Of a DNA stretch of 64,000 nt, positions 1-9,681 are shown piece by piece. Positions within the stretch are counted from its first letter, which is position 1; each line of letters opens with the position of its first letter. The notes under the pieces were generated by a model. It saw only the letters and a list, made by a program, of their open reading frames with translations, was not told the origin of the DNA and made no database searches. The position numbers and the translations under genes are program-made. Source of the DNA: Bacteroidaceae bacterium (GTDB lineage: Bacteria; Bacteroidota; Bacteroidia; Bacteroidales; Bacteroidaceae). The DNA is taken from NCBI GenBank assembly GCA_036652575.1, contig JAVVVP010000002.1:25154-89153 (forward strand), in the 5' to 3' direction.

Positions 1-423
1 AAATTTGGCTTTCCCGTTATCATTAAGATGGTGGAAGAGCGCAAAGCTTTTATAGATGAGTCCCTAAAAAGTGCACGTGCCGCAAACGAAAAGTTAGCCA
101 ATATCAAGACCGAAAGTGAATCCATTTTACAAAAAGCTCGAGAGCAGCAAGCCCTTATATTAAAAGAGGCAATGCTTACCCGTGATAATATTGTAAAGGA
201 AGCTAAGAATAAAGCAAACCTAGAGGGGAATCGTCTTCTTTCTGATGCAAAGGCTCAGATTGACGCAGAAAAAGAAAATGCGCTTCGAGATATTCGTGCT
301 CAGGTGGCAATTCTTTCGCTTAACATTGCAGAAAAAGTAGTTCGTAAGAACTTCGAAGACCAAAGCAATCAGATGGAGTTGATCGACCGCTTATTGAATG
401 AAGCTTCCGTCTCTAAAAATTAA
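1..423 (+). CDS. atpF: F0F1 ATP synthase subunit b, 5' end outside window
   Basis: Frame 1 is open from nt 1 (KFGFPVIIKMVEERKAF...). The long A/E/K/Q-rich coiled-coil tail is typical of subunit b. It sits immediately upstream of atpH-atpA-atpG. Confidence 0.8.
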   Translation, partial: KFGFPVIIKMVEERKAFIDESLKSARAANEKLANIKTESESILQKAREQQALILKEAMLTRDNIVKEAKNKANLEGNRLLSDAKAQIDAEKENALRDIRAQVAILSLNIAEKVVRKNFEDQSNQMELIDRLLNEASVSKN

Positions 424-428
424 GATGT

Positions 429-977
429 ATGGATATTGGAATTATTTCTGTTCGCTATGCTAAGGCATTACTTAAATTTGCAATGGAGCAAAAAGTAGAA
501 GATCAAGTTTATCAAGAAGTAAGCATTATGTGCCAAACTTATCTTGATGCTCCTGCATTGCGTTCAGCATTAGACAACCCTATTATAAGTGAACAAGTAA
601 AAGAAAAATTACTTGTTCAAGCAGCTAGCGGAAACGTAAGCAGTTGTTTTTTGCAGTTTATTAGGCTTGTTCTATCCCATCATCGTACACCGATGATGCA
701 ATTTATTGCTTCTTCATATATCACGCTTTATCGGAAACAGAAGAATTTAATTCAGAGTAGGTTGATAATCCCGTCCGCTATTTTACCTGCTACGATACAA
801 AAAATGAGAGCATTGGTTGAGCTAAATACAAAGAATGAGGTGGAGTTCATTATAAAAGAAGATGCCTCTATTCTAGGTGGATTTGTGCTTGAATACGACA
901 CCTATCGCTTGGATGCAAGTTTAAAGAATCAACTTCAGCGTATACGTAGTAAGTTTCAAACAATGAACAGTAACTAA
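429..977 (+). CDS. atpH: F0F1 ATP synthase subunit delta (OSCP)
   Basis: 182 aa, positioned between subunits b and alpha. N-terminal RYAKAL and C-terminal GGFVLEYDTYRLDASLKNQL resemble delta/OSCP signatures. Confidence 0.8.
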   Translation: MDIGIISVRYAKALLKFAMEQKVEDQVYQEVSIMCQTYLDAPALRSALDNPIISEQVKEKLLVQAASGNVSSCFLQFIRLVLSHHRTPMMQFIASSYITLYRKQKNLIQSRLIIPSAILPATIQKMRALVELNTKNEVEFIIKEDASILGGFVLEYDTYRLDASLKNQLQRIRSKFQTMNSN

Positions 978-1013
978 AACTGTAATAGAAAGATAAATCA
1001 TTGAATAATAAGT

Positions 1014-2600
1014 ATGTCAAACAATATAAAACCAAGTGAAGTATCAGAAGTTCTACTTGAGCAACTAAAAAACATAGATACCGCTGTCAAGTTTGAAGAA
1101 GTTGGTACGGTACTTCAGGTGAGCGATGGTGTAGCTCGCATTTACGGGCTTAAAAATGCAACAGCGAATGAGTTGCTTGAGTTCGAAAACGGTACAAAAG
1201 CTGTTGTAATGAATCTGGAGGAAGATAACGTAGGTGTTGTTCTTTTAGGACCCACAGAAGGTATAAAAGAAGGGCAAAGCGTAAAACGTACAGAACGTAT
1301 TGCATCAATTGAGGTGTCGGATGACATGTTGGGACGTGTTATAACTCCCCTTGGACAACCTATAGATGGGGGTGCACCGATCACTGGCGAAACTTATCTT
1401 ATGCCCCTTGATCGCAAAGCGCCAGGAGTTATTTTCCGTCAACCCGTAAATGAACCGTTACAAACAGGTTTGAAGTCGGTGGACTCCATGATACCCATTG
1501 GGCGTGGACAGCGTGAGCTTATAATCGGCGACCGTCAAACAGGTAAAACCGCTATTGCAATTGATACAATTATCAATCAAAAAGAAAACTATGAAAATGG
1601 CACTCCTGTTTATTGCATTTATGTTGCCATTGGTCAGAAAGCATCTACGGTTGCCAATATAGTGGAAATACTGAAAGAGCATGGTTCTTTGCCTTATACT
1701 GTTATTGTTGCGGCTACAGCCGCAGACCCTGCGGCTCTTCAATATTATGCACCTTTTGCGGGGGCTGCTATTGGGGAATATTTCCGTGATCGAGGTTTGC
1801 ACGCACTTGTGGTTTATGATGACTTATCAAAGCAAGCTGTTGCTTATCGTGAAATATCACTAATTCTTCGTCGCCCATCTGGACGTGAGGCTTATCCAGG
1901 AGATGTTTTTTATCTGCATTCGCGTTTGCTTGAACGTGCGGCTAAAATCATTGCTCAAAATGATATCGCTAATAAAATGAACGACTTACCAGAATGTATG
2001 AAAGGTAAAGTAAAAGGAGGTGGATCACTGACAGCTTTACCAATTATAGAAACACAAGCTGGTGATGTGTCTGCATATATTCCAACGAATGTAATTTCTA
2101 TTACCGATGGACAAATCTATTTAGATACAAATCTCTTTAATCAAGGTTTTCGCCCAGCTATTGACGTTGGTATATCCGTATCACGTGTAGGAGGTGCTGC
2201 TCAAATTAAGAGTATGAAGAAGATTGCAGGTACACTTAAATTAGATCAAGCACAATATCGAGAGTTAGAAGCCTTTTCTAAATTTTCGTCAGATATGGAT
2301 GCTGTTACAGCGATGACGCTAGATCGAGGTCGTAAAAATAATGAATTACTGATCCAGAAGCAATATTCACCTATGCCTGTAGGAGAACAAATCTCAATTC
2401 TTTATTGTGGTACTCATGGATTACTTCATGATGTTCCTCAAGATAAGATACGTGATTTTCAGGAGAATTTTCTTCAAACATTACGCACAAATTATAAAGA
2501 TACGGTTATCTGTAGTCTTGCTGCGGGTCAATTGACGGATGAAATTTGTGCTACGATAGAAAAAATAGCAAGTGATATTTCTGCACAGTATAAAAAATAA
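1014..2600 (+). CDS. atpA: F0F1 ATP synthase subunit alpha
   Basis: 528 aa with Walker A GDRQTGKT. Also carries [61 protein letters not shown] and other alpha-specific blocks. Confidence 0.97.
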   Translation: MSNNIKPSEVSEVLLEQLKNIDTAVKFEEVGTVLQVSDGVARIYGLKNATANELLEFENGTKAVVMNLEEDNVGVVLLGPTEGIKEGQSVKRTERIASIEVSDDMLGRVITPLGQPIDGGAPITGETYLMPLDRKAPGVIFRQPVNEPLQTGLKSVDSMIPIGRGQRELIIGDRQTGKTAIAIDTIINQKENYENGTPVYCIYVAIGQKASTVANIVEILKEHGSLPYTVIVAATAADPAALQYYAPFAGAAIGEYFRDRGLHALVVYDDLSKQAVAYREISLILRRPSGREAYPGDVFYLHSRLLERAAKIIAQNDIANKMNDLPECMKGKVKGGGSLTALPIIETQAGDVSAYIPTNVISITDGQIYLDTNLFNQGFRPAIDVGISVSRVGGAAQIKSMKKIAGTLKLDQAQYRELEAFSKFSSDMDAVTAMTLDRGRKNNELLIQKQYSPMPVGEQISILYCGTHGLLHDVPQDKIRDFQENFLQTLRTNYKDTVICSLAAGQLTDEICATIEKIASDISAQYKK

Positions 2601-2605
2601 AGTTT

Positions 2606-3490
2606 ATGGCTTCATTTAAAGAGGTAAAAAATAGGATCTTGTCGGTAAGCAATACTCGGAAGATAACAAGTGCTATGAAAATGGTTGCATCATCAAAGCT
2701 TCATAAAGCACAATTACAAATAGAGAGTATGCTTCCTTACGAATTTCAGCTAAATCAAATAATGGCACAATTTGTTTCAACGATTGATGGAGAGGTTTCA
2801 TCTCCTTATACGTTGAAACGAAAAACGACACGTGTTGCAATTATTGTTTACGCCTCTAATTCTAGTTTGTGCGGAGGGTTTAATTCAAATATCATAAAAC
2901 GTCTTCGTACAAAAATTTTAGAATTGAACAAAACTGGAATTAAGTATGAAAACATAGAAGTTTTTCCAATCGGGAAAAAAGTGGCTGAAGCGGCTCGGAA
3001 ATTAGGATTTTCAGTCAAGGATGACAATTCGAAATCTTTAGAAAAACCTAATTATGCTGATGCTGTAAGTATTGCGCAGGGTTTTATGAAACGCTTTGTA
3101 GAAGGTGAATTAGATGAAGTCATTTTGATTTATAATCATTTCAAGAGTTCTTCGCAGCAAGTTTTAGTAGAGGAGAATTATTTGCCTATAAATTTGGATG
3201 CAACACAAAAATCAAACAATTCGCAGAATAGAGAAAAATTAGATTATATCATAGAGCCATCCATTCGTTCTCTATTATGCGAATTAATACCAAAGGCCTT
3301 GCACCTAAAGTTATACACCGTAATGCTTGATAGTTTAGCGAGTGAACATGCATCGCGCGTGATTGCAATGCAAACGGCAACAGACAATGCCGATACCTTG
3401 CTGCAGGATCTTACATTGATGTACAACAAGAGTCGTCAACAAGCTATTACGACCGAATTATTAGATATTGTTGGAGGTTCCATGAAATAA
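2606..3490 (+). CDS. atpG: F0F1 ATP synthase subunit gamma
   Basis: 294 aa. N-terminal KEVKNRILSVSNTRKITSAMKMVASSKL and C-terminal NKSRQQAITTELLDIVGG are gamma hallmarks. Confidence 0.93.
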   Translation: MASFKEVKNRILSVSNTRKITSAMKMVASSKLHKAQLQIESMLPYEFQLNQIMAQFVSTIDGEVSSPYTLKRKTTRVAIIVYASNSSLCGGFNSNIIKRLRTKILELNKTGIKYENIEVFPIGKKVAEAARKLGFSVKDDNSKSLEKPNYADAVSIAQGFMKRFVEGELDEVILIYNHFKSSSQQVLVEENYLPINLDATQKSNNSQNREKLDYIIEPSIRSLLCELIPKALHLKLYTVMLDSLASEHASRVIAMQTATDNADTLLQDLTLMYNKSRQQAITTELLDIVGGSMK

Positions 3491-3601
3491 CTTCGGCTCA
3501 TCGCGAAATAGAGTTGATTGTGTATCAGCTAAGAAATGTTGAATGGCCCTCTACTATCGTGGCTCTCTTTTTATTTTAGCATAGGAACACTCGAAATATT
3601 G

Positions 3602-3635
3602 GAAGAACCAAAAAAACTCGGGTGTTCTTCTTTTT
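3602..3635 (+). terminator. Weak hairpin plus T5 downstream of atpG
   Basis: GAAGAAC (3602-3608) pairs with GTTCTTC (3624-3630) around a 15-nt loop, followed by TTTTT. The stem is short, so confidence is low. Confidence 0.3.
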
Positions 3636-3653
3636 CTAACTTCTCAATATACT

Positions 3654-3669
3654 TGGCACGGTATTTGCA
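3654..3669 (+). promoter_or_regulatory. Sigma-54 (RpoN) type -24/-12 promoter upstream of htpG
   Basis: TGGCACGGTATTTGCA matches the consensus TGGCACG-N4-TTGCW at every fixed position. GG-to-GC spacing is 12 nt. It ends 43 nt upstream of the htpG ATG, in an intergenic region and in the correct orientation. Confidence 0.55.
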
Positions 3670-3711
3670 ATACTCTATACGAAAATATAGAACATTAAAA
3701 ATATACACATT

Positions 3712-5766
3712 ATGCAAAAAGGCACGATTGGGGTAACAACAGAAAATATATTCCCCGTAATTAAGAAGTTTCTTTATAGTGATCACGAAATTTTTCTTCG
3801 TGAAATAGTATCGAATGCAGTCGATGCATCGCAAAAGCTCAAAACGCTTGCGAGTAAAGGTGATTTTCAAGGTGAAACAGGCGATTTGACCGTAAGAGTA
3901 ACGCTAGATGAGAAAAAGAAGACTCTAACAATTAGCGATAGAGGTATTGGTATGACCGCAGAGGAGATTGATAAGTATATCAATCAAATAGCATTTAGTG
4001 GTGCGAACGATTTCCTTGATAAATATAAGAATGATGCAAATGCAATTATAGGACATTTTGGTCTAGGCTTCTATTCTTCGTTTATGGTGAGCGAGAAAGT
4101 TGATATTATTACGCTTAGTCATAAAGAAGGCTCAAAAGCTGTAAAATGGAGTTGCGATGGTTCTCCTTCGTTCGAACTTAGCGATACTGATAAAACAGAT
4201 CGTGGTACAGATATTGTTCTTCACATAGATGATGATTGCAAAGAGTTTCTGGAGAAAAATAAGATTCAGGATTTGCTCAATAAATATTGCCGTTTCTTAC
4301 CGATATCTGTAGCTTTTGGTAAGAAAACAGAATGGAAAGATGGGAAACAAGTGGATACAGATGAGGATAATATTATAAACGATACAAATCCTCTTTGGAC
4401 ACGTAAGCCTGCTGATTTAAAAGATGAGGATTATACTAAATTCTATCGTTCTCTTTATCCGATGGGTGATGAACCTTTGTTTTGGATACATTTAAATGTA
4501 GACTACCCATTCAATTTAACGGGTATTCTTTACTTTCCTAAGATTAAAAGTAATATAGAACTTCAACGCAACAAAATACAACTTTATTGTAATCAAGTAT
4601 TTGTGACAGATTCTGTAGAGAATATAGTACCTGATTTCTTAACGTTGCTTCATGGTGTTATTGACTCACCAGATATTCCTTTGAATGTAAGTCGTAGTTA
4701 TCTTCAGAGTGATTCCAATGTAAAGAAGATTTCTACTTATATAATGAAGAAGGTAAGTGATCGTTTACAAAATCTGTTCAAAACTGATCGTAAGGACTTT
4801 GAGAGCAAATGGGATGATTTGAAGCTCTTTATTCATTACGGATTATTATCGCAGCCTGATTTTTATGAAAAAGCAAAGACGTTTGCACTTCTCAAAGATA
4901 CAGAAGGGCATTATTTCACTTATGATGAATATGAAACGCTTATAAAAGAGAGTCAAAAGGATAAAGAGGGCAATATTATTCATCTTTATGCTACAGATGC
5001 TGAAGCACAGTATAGCTACATTGAAGCAGCAAAAAACAAAGGTTATAATGTACTTCTCTTGGATGGTCAACTTGATACTCCACTTGTGAGTATGTTTGAA
5101 CAAAAGTTTGAGAAAAGTCGTTTTACTCGTGTCGATGGTGATGTAATAGATCGCCTTATTCAAAAGGATGAACCCACAAAAGAAGCTCTTGATGCAGATA
5201 AGAGTGCAAATATTTCTACTGTTTTCAAAAGTCAATTGCCTAAAATTGAAAAAATAGAGTTTACGGTCGAAACTCAACCTATGGGGGAGAATGCATCTCC
5301 GCTTATTGTAACCCAAAGCGAATATATGCGCCGTATGAAAGAAATGAGTCGTATACAAGCAGGTATGAATTTTTATGGAGAAATGCCCGATATGTATACG
5401 GTTGTGTTGAACTCTGATCATACGCTTGTTAAGACGATACTTACAGCGTGTGAAACAAGTACAAGCGAAGCTCTGAAGCCTATTGAAGCAGAACTTAAAG
5501 GACTCAATGCTCGTCATGCGGCATTGGAACAAGCAAAAGAGAAGAAAAAGGCAGAAGAAATCACACAAGAAGAGAAAGACGAAATCACAAAGTGCGATAG
5601 CGACATAAAGGAGCAAAAGATGAAAAAGGATAATCTACTTTCTAGTTATGCTAAAGAGAATGCTTTGGTTCATCAGTTACTTGATTTAGCACTTTTGCAA
5701 AATGGTCTACTAAAGGGCGAAGCTCTTAATACATTCGTAAAACGCAGCATCGAATTGATAAAATAA
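3712..5766 (+). CDS. htpG: Molecular chaperone HtpG (Hsp90)
   Basis: 684 aa. GHKL ATPase motifs are present: EIFLREIVSNAVDA, SDRGIGMT and GHFGLGFYSSFMV, plus the SDSPDIPLNVSR-like block VIDSPDIPLNVSRSYLQ. Confidence 0.97.
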   Translation: MQKGTIGVTTENIFPVIKKFLYSDHEIFLREIVSNAVDASQKLKTLASKGDFQGETGDLTVRVTLDEKKKTLTISDRGIGMTAEEIDKYINQIAFSGANDFLDKYKNDANAIIGHFGLGFYSSFMVSEKVDIITLSHKEGSKAVKWSCDGSPSFELSDTDKTDRGTDIVLHIDDDCKEFLEKNKIQDLLNKYCRFLPISVAFGKKTEWKDGKQVDTDEDNIINDTNPLWTRKPADLKDEDYTKFYRSLYPMGDEPLFWIHLNVDYPFNLTGILYFPKIKSNIELQRNKIQLYCNQVFVTDSVENIVPDFLTLLHGVIDSPDIPLNVSRSYLQSDSNVKKISTYIMKKVSDRLQNLFKTDRKDFESKWDDLKLFIHYGLLSQPDFYEKAKTFALLKDTEGHYFTYDEYETLIKESQKDKEGNIIHLYATDAEAQYSYIEAAKNKGYNVLLLDGQLDTPLVSMFEQKFEKSRFTRVDGDVIDRLIQKDEPTKEALDADKSANISTVFKSQLPKIEKIEFTVETQPMGENASPLIVTQSEYMRRMKEMSRIQAGMNFYGEMPDMYTVVLNSDHTLVKTILTACETSTSEALKPIEAELKGLNARHAALEQAKEKKKAEEITQEEKDEITKCDSDIKEQKMKKDNLLSSYAKENALVHQLLDLALLQNGLLKGEALNTFVKRSIELIK

Positions 5767-5775
5767 GCTTTTAAC

Positions 5776-5831
5776 AAAAGGAAAAGCGGCTTTTTCTCAC
5801 GTATCACGTAGAAAAAGCCGCTTTTCCTTTT
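5776..5831 (+). terminator. Bidirectional intrinsic terminator after htpG
   Basis: A perfect 21-bp stem, AAAAGGAAAAGCGGCTTTTTC (5776-5796) with GAAAAAGCCGCTTTTCCTTTT (5811-5831), around a 14-nt loop. A/T runs flank both sides. Confidence 0.85.
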
Positions 5832-5851
5832 GTGTTTTCAAAAAAAGTGGC

Positions 5852-5859
5852 TATCTTTG
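5852..5859 (+). promoter_or_regulatory. Bacteroidota sigma-A -7 box (TAnnTTTG) for tRNA-Arg
   Basis: TATCTTTG lies 18 nt upstream of the tRNA 5' end. Confidence 0.55.
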
Positions 5860-5877
5860 CAACCGCTTAAAGAAAGA

Positions 5878-5951
5878 GGCACCGTAGCTCAACTGAATAG
5901 AGTAGCTGACTACGGATCAGCAGGTTCAGGGTTTGAATCCCTGCGGTGTCA
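5878..5951 (+). tRNA. tRNA-Arg (anticodon ACG)
   Basis: Hand-folded 74-nt cloverleaf. Acceptor GGCACCG/CGGTGTC has one G-U pair. D stem GCTC/GAGT; anticodon stem GCTGA/TCAGC with loop CTACGGA; T arm CAGGG-TTTGAAT-CCCTG; discriminator A. No CCA is encoded. Confidence 0.9.
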
Positions 5952-5990
5952 CAAACGAGCACAATCCAATAAGGGTTGTGCTCGTTTGTG
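5950..5990 (+). terminator. Bidirectional hairpin terminator shared by tRNA-Arg (+) and the glycosyltransferase operon (-)
   Basis: A perfect 15-bp stem, CACAAACGAGCACAA with TTGTGCTCGTTTGTG, around an 11-nt loop. Confidence 0.75.
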
Positions 5991-6008
5991 ATCTATAAGA
6001 ACCTTGCT

Positions 6009-6950
6009 TTATAATTTTATAAACAGTCGAGCTATGAACCATGTTCCGCGTCCTCCGAGACGGGTATAAAGATAGAGCATAGAACTGATCTGTTTTGCAA
6101 TCCATGATACATCGCTTTTTTGTGCTAGATGAATACACATAAGCGCCTTGTTGCACTCGTGCTCCTGAAAGACAAACCCTGCGAGTATATGGTAACGGAA
6201 AACCAGGGCATTGATAGCGGATCGTTTCTTGCTATAAGTGCTCTTTTTTATATAATCTTCAACTTCTCCCATTGCTAAAAGAACATGCTGAAGTGAATTT
6301 GATATTTTTGTTCCTGTGATGCTGTCATCGTGTTGGTAAAGGCGGTGATATACCTTCTTTTTTATCCACTGAAGCTGTGGAGAAGCAAGTAATACACGGA
6401 TTCCAAACTCCCAATCGTCCCAAATCGTAAGCTTCTCATTCCAACCTCCAATAGATTTTGCAAAATCTGTTTTTAAGATCATAGAAACGGTAGAAAGCAT
6501 ACCTATAAGAATTTGATCCGAAACAGACTGATTGAAGAAAGATTTACGCACTTGCTCATGACCGTTTGGAAAGATCATGCGAGTGCGCATTGCCACCACA
6601 TCGCAATTCTTTTCTGTAAATATTTTTGCCGCATCGGCTATAAAAGTGGAAGACATTTCATCATCGGAGTCAAAGAATGATACGTATGTTCCTGTAGCTT
6701 CTTGTAAACCTGTGTTGCGAGCAATACTGGCTCCTTGTTTTGATTCTTCTATAACCTTTATCGTAAAGCCTTCTTCTAAATTATTCTTTTGCAATGCTTT
6801 GCATAATGCAAGAGAAGTATCGGTCGAAGCGTTGTCTACAAGTATCAATTCGAGGGGACGATAGCTTTGTGCCTTAATCGAAGCATAAGTGCGTGCGATG
6901 TATTCACTTCTGTTATATACGGGTATGATGATAGAAAAGAGTGCTTTCAT
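6009..6950 (-). CDS. Family 2 glycosyltransferase
   Basis: 313 aa. The N-terminal GT2 signature is FSIIIPVYNRSEYIARTYASIKAQSY...LILVDNASTD with a DXD-type FFDSDDE. It overlaps the upstream gene by 4 nt. Confidence 0.85.
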   Translation of the reverse strand: MKALFSIIIPVYNRSEYIARTYASIKAQSYRPLELILVDNASTDTSLALCKALQKNNLEEGFTIKVIEESKQGASIARNTGLQEATGTYVSFFDSDDEMSSTFIADAAKIFTEKNCDVVAMRTRMIFPNGHEQVRKSFFNQSVSDQILIGMLSTVSMILKTDFAKSIGGWNEKLTIWDDWEFGIRVLLASPQLQWIKKKVYHRLYQHDDSITGTKISNSLQHVLLAMGEVEDYIKKSTYSKKRSAINALVFRYHILAGFVFQEHECNKALMCIHLAQKSDVSWIAKQISSMLYLYTRLGGRGTWFIARLFIKL

Positions 6951-7747
6951 CGTGTTGTTTTAAGGATATAGAAAATTCCTGCAGTCATAGAATAGAGTAA
7001 GCGCAACGGATTCTTTTTTTTATGACTTTGTAGACTAAACTTTAAACAGCGCAGCCAAGCACTTATGAATCCGTGCATAAGATAAAGTACGGCACCTTTT
7101 GCTCTTAATATACTCCTATCTTCAAGCATTCGTGTGCCAGTTGTGCAAGCATCTGTTTCTACAATAACAAAGGGAAAATAAACAATGTTGAGCCCAGCCT
7201 TGTGTGCATCAAGAAGAAATACTTCATCTTCTCCTCCTCCTAAATAAGGGGATCCTATTCCAAAACGTTCGTCAAAATGAAATAAAATAGATTTCCGACG
7301 AAAGGCTATCTCGACGGAGCAAAAAAAGACACCATAGGGTTGATTGGAATAGGCAAAACGGTGAGCGGCGTAATAGTGCAGTGGGAGTCCTTCCTTATCG
7401 ATAGCCTGAAAGCAAGCAACGTCAACCGTTGGATTTTGTTGAAAGACCATGAAAATGCGTTCAAAATATTCTGGCTTATAGCAAACATCATCATCTGCAA
7501 TGAGTAAGATGTCACCAGACGCATGTACTAAAGCATTATTGCGATTGCGAGAAAGTCCTATTCCTTTTAAATAACAGAGGTGAACGTCTTTACGTTCCAA
7601 AAGGGTAGACGGTATTATGGTGCGAAAAGATTCATTTGTGTATTGAAACGACACAAGGTAACTTATCCCTTCACGAGGGGGTAGTAGGCAGTGTGGAATA
7701 GATTGTATGCCGTTGTCGATTGTACAGATAAGAACTTCAAGCGTCAT
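6947..7747 (-). CDS. GT-A fold glycosyltransferase, paralog 1
   Basis: 266 aa. Carries LLIADDD (DXD) and GGGEDEVFLLDA blocks. Clearly paralogous to the adjacent 270-aa ORF. Confidence 0.6.
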   Translation of the reverse strand: MTLEVLICTIDNGIQSIPHCLLPPREGISYLVSFQYTNESFRTIIPSTLLERKDVHLCYLKGIGLSRNRNNALVHASGDILLIADDDVCYKPEYFERIFMVFQQNPTVDVACFQAIDKEGLPLHYYAAHRFAYSNQPYGVFFCSVEIAFRRKSILFHFDERFGIGSPYLGGGEDEVFLLDAHKAGLNIVYFPFVIVETDACTTGTRMLEDRSILRAKGAVLYLMHGFISAWLRCLKFSLQSHKKKNPLRLLYSMTAGIFYILKTTR

Positions 7748-7749
7748 CT

Positions 7750-8562
7750 TTATTTGTTATTATTACGCTGCATATAGCGAATGCCTTCTGCCAAATGGCG
7801 TATCATTGGTATAAAGTGGCATAATCCACTTGAAGCCGAACGCATCGCGAAGCTGAAGCTAATTAACCAAGCGCGCGAACCATACATGTAATACGTGATA
7901 GCTCCGCGTGAACGTTGAACTCCAGCATCAACATATATCATTCTATTCTTGAGAATCGTAGATGTCTCCACTATTTTTATAGGGAAATAGCGCATTTTAA
8001 GTCCTGCTCGCATTGCATCTTCAAGCCAAATTTGTTCTTCACCGCAAGTCAGGAAACGTGTGCCAAGACCAAAGCGCTCATCGAAGCGAATCTGAGTTTG
8101 AACTTTTTCTCTTCGGCAAACGGTCTCAATAGCGGAGATAGAGAAGTCGGGCATATATCCTTTATAATCGAAACTCTTTTCGGGATAGTCTTTCAGTTGT
8201 CGTCCTGTATAGGTGCTAGCTTGAAAGAAAGCAATGTCAATGTCTTCATTTTGTTCGAAAGTCCCAAAAATAACAGGGAATGTTTCTGGTGCAAATCGGG
8301 CATCATCATCGGCGAAAAGTACTAATTCTGACGTTGCTTCACTTAGAGCTCGGTTTCTATTGACAGAAAGTCCTAGCCCTTTCATCTTAATGAGTTTTAC
8401 ATCGCTACGTTCTGCAAGAACTTCTGGTATAAGGTCTAAATAGCGTTCGTCCGTATACTGAAACGAAATGATATAATGAACATTGGGTACTTGTGGTAAA
8501 AGAATGTCGCCTACGCGCACCACTCCTTTATCTAATGTGCATACTAATACGTCTAGTGTCAT
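7750..8562 (-). CDS. GT-A fold glycosyltransferase, paralog 2
   Basis: 270 aa. [11 protein letters not shown]..., VLFADDD and [11 protein letters not shown] are collinear with the 266-aa neighbour. Overlaps the upstream aminotransferase gene by 4 nt. Confidence 0.6.
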   Translation of the reverse strand: MTLDVLVCTLDKGVVRVGDILLPQVPNVHYIISFQYTDERYLDLIPEVLAERSDVKLIKMKGLGLSVNRNRALSEATSELVLFADDDARFAPETFPVIFGTFEQNEDIDIAFFQASTYTGRQLKDYPEKSFDYKGYMPDFSISAIETVCRREKVQTQIRFDERFGLGTRFLTCGEEQIWLEDAMRAGLKMRYFPIKIVETSTILKNRMIYVDAGVQRSRGAITYYMYGSRAWLISFSFAMRSASSGLCHFIPMIRHLAEGIRYMQRNNNK

Positions 8563-9671
8563 ATTTTAAAATCATTTATTAGTTTAACAACCTGTTGAGT
8601 CTCTTTAAGTGTGAGCACTTGGCTTATAGGCAAGCTAAGCACTTGGCGACACACATCTTCGCATATAGGTAATTTAAGATCGTGAAGTGAACGGTATACC
8701 TCTTGTTTATGTGGTGGAATAGGGTAGTGAATATTTGTTTCCACACCATATTCCTTTAGGTAGCTTTGCAAGCGATTTCGTTCTTGGCATAGTATGGGAT
8801 ATAGATGGTACACACTTGGAGCGCCTTCTATCGTTGTATAAGGTAGTTGAATGAGACTGTTTTTTATCTGATTGTATTCTTTGGCAATTTCTTGGCGGTG
8901 TGCGTTGTCCTTGTCTAGTCTTTGTAGTTTAATGCGTAGTACTGCTGCTTGAAGTTCGTCTAATCTACTGTTGAACCCCATAAATTTATGTTCGTATTTC
9001 TGTTCTGTGCCATAGTTTGCAATGGCTCTCACCCTGCAAGCTAGCATTTCGTCGTTGGTCGTAACGGCACCCCCATCTCCAAGAGCTCCTAGATTTTTTC
9101 CAGGATAGAAACTAAATCCTGCAGCATCACCTAAACTGCCTGCTCTTTGACCCGTCGTACTGAATGCACCGTGAGCTTGAGCGGCATCTTCTACGACTAT
9201 TAAATTATGGTCTTTTGCAATTTTGCAAATGGTTTCCATACAGCACACTTTCCCATACAAATGGACGGGCATAATAGCTCTCGTGCGAGGCGTTATAAGT
9301 GGGGAGAGTAACTGTTCGTCCATTAAGAAGTCCGAACTTTTTATATCACAAAGTATAGGGGTTAATCCTACTGATGTTATTGCTTCAACAGAGGCTATAA
9401 AGGTATGAGCCGATACAATAATTTCATCACCCTCATTCCATCCTCGCAGTTGCTTGTACGCCAATAAAATAAGACGCAGCGCATCAAGACCATTTCCTAC
9501 GCCGACACAATGACGTGTTCCGCAGAAGTTTGCAAATTCATTTTCGAATGAAAGTGTTTCATTACCTCTTAAATACCAGCCTGATTGAGCTACTTTTACA
9601 AGAGCATTGTGAATCTCTGGTTCAAAGCTCTGCGTTATCTTTTGTATATCAAGGAAACGTATCGTCATCAT
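8559..9671 (-). CDS. DegT/DnrJ/EryC1/StrS family sugar aminotransferase (FdtB/QdtB-like)
   Basis: 370 aa. Typical blocks are [36 protein letters not shown] and [16 protein letters not shown]. Adjacent to an FdtA-like isomerase. Confidence 0.88.
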   Translation of the reverse strand: MMTIRFLDIQKITQSFEPEIHNALVKVAQSGWYLRGNETLSFENEFANFCGTRHCVGVGNGLDALRLILLAYKQLRGWNEGDEIIVSAHTFIASVEAITSVGLTPILCDIKSSDFLMDEQLLSPLITPRTRAIMPVHLYGKVCCMETICKIAKDHNLIVVEDAAQAHGAFSTTGQRAGSLGDAAGFSFYPGKNLGALGDGGAVTTNDEMLACRVRAIANYGTEQKYEHKFMGFNSRLDELQAAVLRIKLQRLDKDNAHRQEIAKEYNQIKNSLIQLPYTTIEGAPSVYHLYPILCQERNRLQSYLKEYGVETNIHYPIPPHKQEVYRSLHDLKLPICEDVCRQVLSLPISQVLTLKETQQVVKLINDFKI

Positions 9672-9681
9672 TATTTTGTGT

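Noticed and set aside
4846-5616. A 256-aa ORF antisense to htpG, and similar long antisense or out-of-frame ORFs (for example 1458-1802, 13963-14235, 16433-16777, 41206-41580, 52941-53357, 58069-58446, 61877-62293).
   Set aside because: All lie wholly inside strongly supported genes. They have Cys/Phe/Ile/Leu-rich low-complexity translations with no recognisable motifs or promoter boxes. These are shadow ORFs typical of AT-rich DNA.
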